Assembly (NCBI GenBank): GCA_046757525.1
Contig: JBHHYI010000144.1
Coordinates: forward strand, 1 to 10,479
Length of the DNA stretch: 10,479 nt
Direction of reading: 5' to 3'
Source of the DNA: a bacterium
GTDB taxonomy: Bacteria; Zhuqueibacterota; Zhuqueibacteria; Oceanimicrobiales; Oceanimicrobiaceae
Of the stretch, positions 6,942 through 10,479 are shown piece by piece; within the stretch, counting starts at the first letter, position 1, and every line of letters starts with the position of its first letter. The translations under genes and the position numbers were made by a program. The notes below the pieces were generated by a model. The model did no database searches and was not told the origin of the DNA. It saw nothing but the letters and a program-made list of their open reading frames with translations.

Positions 6942-7697
6942 ATGAAATGGCGTACGACTTGGGTCATTGCGTTGGTCTGTTTAAGCTGGCCGTTGGCCGC
7001 TTCTCATGCGCACCTTTCCGCCAAAGGTCAGGATGGGCAGAAACGTTTGGACCGGGTCTTGAAACGGTTTGTTAGAGACGGTTTGGTGGATTACCAGGCC
7101 ATCGCGAAAGATGAGGACTTTCAGCAATTTCTGGCCTGGCTCGAGACCGCCAGACCAGAATCGCTGCAGACAAAGGAAGAACGCCTGGCGTTTTGGATCA
7201 ACGCGTACAATGCTTCGGCCATTGCCGGCGTCATCCGGCATTTTCCTTTGAAAAAAGTCCTGGAAGTGGACGGTTTTTTTAGCAAAGAACAGCATGCCGT
7301 CGCTGGCAGCACCTACACCCTGGACCAAATTGAAAAGGAAATTCTATTCAAGAAGTTTGGCGATCCCCGGCTGCATTTCGTGCTGGTCTGTGCGGCAAAA
7401 AGCTGCTCCGGTTTGCCCTCCGAAGCCTACTCCGGTCCTACCGTTTTGCGCAAGATGGACGAGGTGGCCAGGGCCTTCTTGAACAATCCGCGCAAGAATC
7501 GGTTAGACCGCAGCAACAAAATATTCTATTTGTCGCAGATTTTCAACTGGTACGCCAGCGATTTTACCGGCAACGGTACCACCGTCCTGAGCTTTATTGA
7601 GCCGTTTCTTTCGGCCGACAAACGAGCGTTCATTTCCAGGAACAAGGTTGAAATCAAGTACTTAGAATATGACTGGAGCTTGAACCTTCGAGATTAG
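6942..7697 (+). CDS. Exported DUF547 domain-containing protein
   Basis: SD-like GGAG upstream and a signal peptide (MKWRTTWVIALVCLSWPLAASHA). Family motifs are GLVDY, LAFWINAYNA, TLDQIEKEIL, DPRLHFVLVCAAKSC, LSQIFNWYASDF and the terminal YDWSLN. Confidence 0.9.
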   Translation: MKWRTTWVIALVCLSWPLAASHAHLSAKGQDGQKRLDRVLKRFVRDGLVDYQAIAKDEDFQQFLAWLETARPESLQTKEERLAFWINAYNASAIAGVIRHFPLKKVLEVDGFFSKEQHAVAGSTYTLDQIEKEILFKKFGDPRLHFVLVCAAKSCSGLPSEAYSGPTVLRKMDEVARAFLNNPRKNRLDRSNKIFYLSQIFNWYASDFTGNGTTVLSFIEPFLSADKRAFISRNKVEIKYLEYDWSLNLRD

Positions 7698-7709
7698 ATA
7701 ATATTTTTG

Positions 7710-10340
7710 ATGAATGCTGAAAAGAGGCGCCTGGAAGAAGCCCGCGTGCACAGTGTGCCCTGGAAGAAGTGGGGCCCCTATTTAACGGAACGGCAATGGG
7801 GCACCGTGCGGGAAGATTACAGTCCTGATGGCGAGGCCTGGGAATACGTGACCCACGACATGGCCAGAAGCAAAGCGTATCGTTGGGGCGAGGATGGTAT
7901 CGCCGGGGTCAGCGACGACGGTCAGGCGCTTTGCTTGTCCGTGGCGCTGTGGAACGGTCGCGACCCCATTCTCAAGGAGCGCTTTTTTGGCCTCAGTGGC
8001 AAAGAAGGCAACCACGGCGAAGATGTGAAGGAGTATTATTATTACCTGGACAACACGCCGACCCATTCCTACATGAAAATGCTTTACAAGTATCCTCAAA
8101 ACGAATACCCGTACGCCTTGTTGATTGCAGAAAATCGTGGGCGCGGCAAAAATGATCCTGAGTTCGAATTGATCGACACTGGCATTTTCGATGAGGACCG
8201 CTACTTCGACGTGTTTGTAGAATACGCCAAAGCAGCTCCGGAAGATTTGCTCATGCGCATTAGCGCTTACAATCGCGGACCGCAGGCTGCCACGCTGTGG
8301 GTCCTCCCCCAGGTGTGGTTTCGCAACATCTGGTCCTGGAAAAAGAAGGCTGAGAAGCCACGACTGCGCTCGTTGGAGGATCGGATGATTCAAATCGAGC
8401 ACAAGGGTTTAGGGTCTCGCCACCTGTTTTTGCAGGGAACGCCTGAGCTGTTGTTTTGTGACAACGAGACCAATGTCCGACGGTTGTTAGGCGACTCAGA
8501 TGTCAAAGGTTATTTCAAAGATGGCATTAATGATTACGTGGTCGAGGGGATTAAGAGCGCAGTTAATCCGGAAAAGTCTGGCACCCGGGCCGCGGCCGTA
8601 TTTCAAGTAAAGATTTCCGCCGGCCAACAGGAGACGGTTCGCCTGCGCCTCTGTGACGGACCAGTGGGTAATCCCTTTGCAGCCTTCGAAGAAATCTTTG
8701 AACAGCGCCAGCAGGAAGCGGATGAATTCTACGCAGAAATTCAGGAGCAAATCAAAGACGAGGATGCCAGACGCGTACAGCGTCAGGCTTTTGCCGGAAT
8801 GCTCTGGTGCAAACAGTTTTATTATTACGATGTGACGCACTGGTTAGAAGGCGATCCCGGTCAACCACCGCCACCGCCAGAACGTCTCCATGGCCGCAAC
8901 AATGAATGGCTTCATCTTGACAATGCCGATATCATTTCTATGCCGGACACCTGGGAATATCCTTGGTACGCGGCCTGGGACCTGGCGTTTCATTGCATTC
9001 CGCTTGCCGTGATCGATTCAGACTTTGCTAAGGAACAATTGCTGCTCTTGACTCGTGAGTGGTACATGCATCCCAACGGACAATTGCCAGCCTACGAGTG
9101 GGCATTCGACGACGTGAATCCGCCGGTGCACGCCTGGGCAGCCTGGCGCGTTTACAAAATCGATTGCAAATTGAACCGTGGCAAAAAAGACCTGCGGTTC
9201 CTTGAAAGAGTCTTTCACAAACTGCTGCTCAATTTCACCTGGTGGGTCAACCGAAAAGATGCTGAAGGCCACAATATTTTTCAGGGCGGTTTTCTCGGTC
9301 TGGACAACATCGGCGTCTTTGATCGCAGCACGGAACTGCCCACCGGCGGTCACATTGAACAGGCCGACGGCACCAGTTGGATGGGCATGTATTGCTTGAA
9401 CATGATGCGCATCGCTCTGGAGTTGGCACTGGAGAATCCTGTTTACCAGGACCTGGCCACCAAGTTCTTCGAACATTTTCTTTATATCGCCAAAGCCATG
9501 TTTAACATCAGCGATGAAAGCATTAACCTGTGGGATGAAGAAGACGAGTTCTATTACGACGTGCTGCATTGCCCCAACGATTCCCACATTCCGCTGAAGG
9601 TGCGTTCCATGGTTGGTCTGATTCCTTTGTTTGCCGTGGAGACGCTCGAGCCGACCTTGCTGGACAGGCTGCCCGAATTTAAGCAGCGTTTGGAGTGGTT
9701 CTTAGAGAACCGTCCCGATCTTGCCAGTCTGGTTTCCAGATGGTGTGAGCCGGGACTCGGCGAGCGGCGCTTGTTGTCCCTTCTGCGCGGGCATCGCATG
9801 AAACGCCTTTTGAAACGCGCCTTAGATGAAACAGAATTTCTTTCCGAGTATGGCGTGCGTTCCTTGTCGAAATTTCACCAGGAGCACCCTTACACGTTTC
9901 ACCTGAATGGCCATGACTTTTCTGTGGCTTATCTGCCCGCCGAGTCCGACTCGGGCTTCTTTGGTGGCAACTCCAACTGGCGTGGCCCGGTTTGGTTTCC
10001 AGTGAATTATCTCATCATCGAGTCGTTGCAGAAGTTTCATCATTATTATGGGGACAGCTTTAAGATTGAATATCCGACGCATTCTGGCAATTATGTCACC
10101 ATAAATGAGGTAGCCAATGAACTGGGGCGCAGGCTGACCAGGATATTTCTGCGCAACGATCAGGGCCAACGGCCCGTGTTTGGCGACCAGCAGAAGTTCC
10201 AGAACGATCCCCATTTCCGCGATTACATTTTGTTCTACGAGTACTTTCACGGGGACAACGGTCGTGGGCTGGGGGCTTCGCATCAGACGGGCTGGACCGG
10301 TTTGGTGGCGAAATTGTTGCAACCGAGAAAGGGCGCGTAG
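7710..10340 (+). CDS. MGH1-like / GH63-related glycoside hydrolase (glucosidase), cytoplasmic
   Basis: Characteristic motifs are [96 protein letters not shown] and [24 protein letters not shown]. No signal peptide. ATG 7710 is preferred over the TTG at 7707. Confidence 0.92.
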   Translation: MNAEKRRLEEARVHSVPWKKWGPYLTERQWGTVREDYSPDGEAWEYVTHDMARSKAYRWGEDGIAGVSDDGQALCLSVALWNGRDPILKERFFGLSGKEGNHGEDVKEYYYYLDNTPTHSYMKMLYKYPQNEYPYALLIAENRGRGKNDPEFELIDTGIFDEDRYFDVFVEYAKAAPEDLLMRISAYNRGPQAATLWVLPQVWFRNIWSWKKKAEKPRLRSLEDRMIQIEHKGLGSRHLFLQGTPELLFCDNETNVRRLLGDSDVKGYFKDGINDYVVEGIKSAVNPEKSGTRAAAVFQVKISAGQQETVRLRLCDGPVGNPFAAFEEIFEQRQQEADEFYAEIQEQIKDEDARRVQRQAFAGMLWCKQFYYYDVTHWLEGDPGQPPPPPERLHGRNNEWLHLDNADIISMPDTWEYPWYAAWDLAFHCIPLAVIDSDFAKEQLLLLTREWYMHPNGQLPAYEWAFDDVNPPVHAWAAWRVYKIDCKLNRGKKDLRFLERVFHKLLLNFTWWVNRKDAEGHNIFQGGFLGLDNIGVFDRSTELPTGGHIEQADGTSWMGMYCLNMMRIALELALENPVYQDLATKFFEHFLYIAKAMFNISDESINLWDEEDEFYYDVLHCPNDSHIPLKVRSMVGLIPLFAVETLEPTLLDRLPEFKQRLEWFLENRPDLASLVSRWCEPGLGERRLLSLLRGHRMKRLLKRALDETEFLSEYGVRSLSKFHQEHPYTFHLNGHDFSVAYLPAESDSGFFGGNSNWRGPVWFPVNYLIIESLQKFHHYYGDSFKIEYPTHSGNYVTINEVANELGRRLTRIFLRNDQGQRPVFGDQQKFQNDPHFRDYILFYEYFHGDNGRGLGASHQTGWTGLVAKLLQPRKGA

Positions 10341-10408
10341 GGCGGTAGTCGTTGTGGTGTGGCGCTAACGACGGCGCTGGTCGCGTCCTGTCGAAGGGTT
10401 AGCTTTTC

Positions 10409-10444
10409 AAACGGTGACCTTCTCAAAGAAGGTTACCGTTTCTC
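10409..10444 (+). terminator. Long stem-loop downstream of the glycosidase; probable intrinsic terminator or small palindromic repeat
   Basis: AAACGGTGACCTTCT (10409-10423), loop CAA, then AGAAGGTTACCGTTT (10427-10441): 14 of 15 pairs are Watson-Crick, plus one G-U wobble. The U tail is short (TTTCTC). Confidence 0.55.
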
Positions 10445-10479
10445 GTGAAAGTGGTGGGAACAGTACAAACAGGGTTGGT

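Noticed and set aside
8865..8879. CCA/CCG repeat encoding PPPPP in the glycosidase
   Set aside because: It is a short in-frame Pro-rich linker in a segment that I recall being Pro-rich in this family. There is no sign of a phase-variable repeat.

Overview
Bacterial window with seven protein-coding genes, all on the + strand. The T9SS-type sorting domain suggests an FCB-group organism such as KSB1, Calditrichota or Ignavibacteria (inference). Block 1 (1-6469) is a tightly packed cell-envelope cluster. It encodes the 3' part of an FG-GAP-repeat protein with a T9SS/FlgD-like C-terminal sorting domain, a small outer-membrane beta-barrel, and a 1010-aa protein fusing a gluzincin-type peptidase, a TolB/PD40 propeller and an apparently POTRA-less Omp85-type barrel. 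It ends with two overlapping paralogous DUF5683-like exported proteins. A 472-nt intergenic region (6470-6941) holds a GCGAAGC mini-hairpin, a roughly 10-nt-periodic imperfect palindrome, and two coupled ~20-aa micro-ORFs sharing an LxxxRxWNKxxG motif. Block 2 (6942-10340) is an exported DUF547 protein followed by a cytoplasmic MGH1/GH63-like glycosidase and a 15-bp-stem hairpin. The best candidate for an undescribed system is the peptidase-propeller-Omp85 protein with its two DUF5683-like neighbours and the upstream T9SS cargo. All family calls come from motif recognition by eye; no database searches were run.
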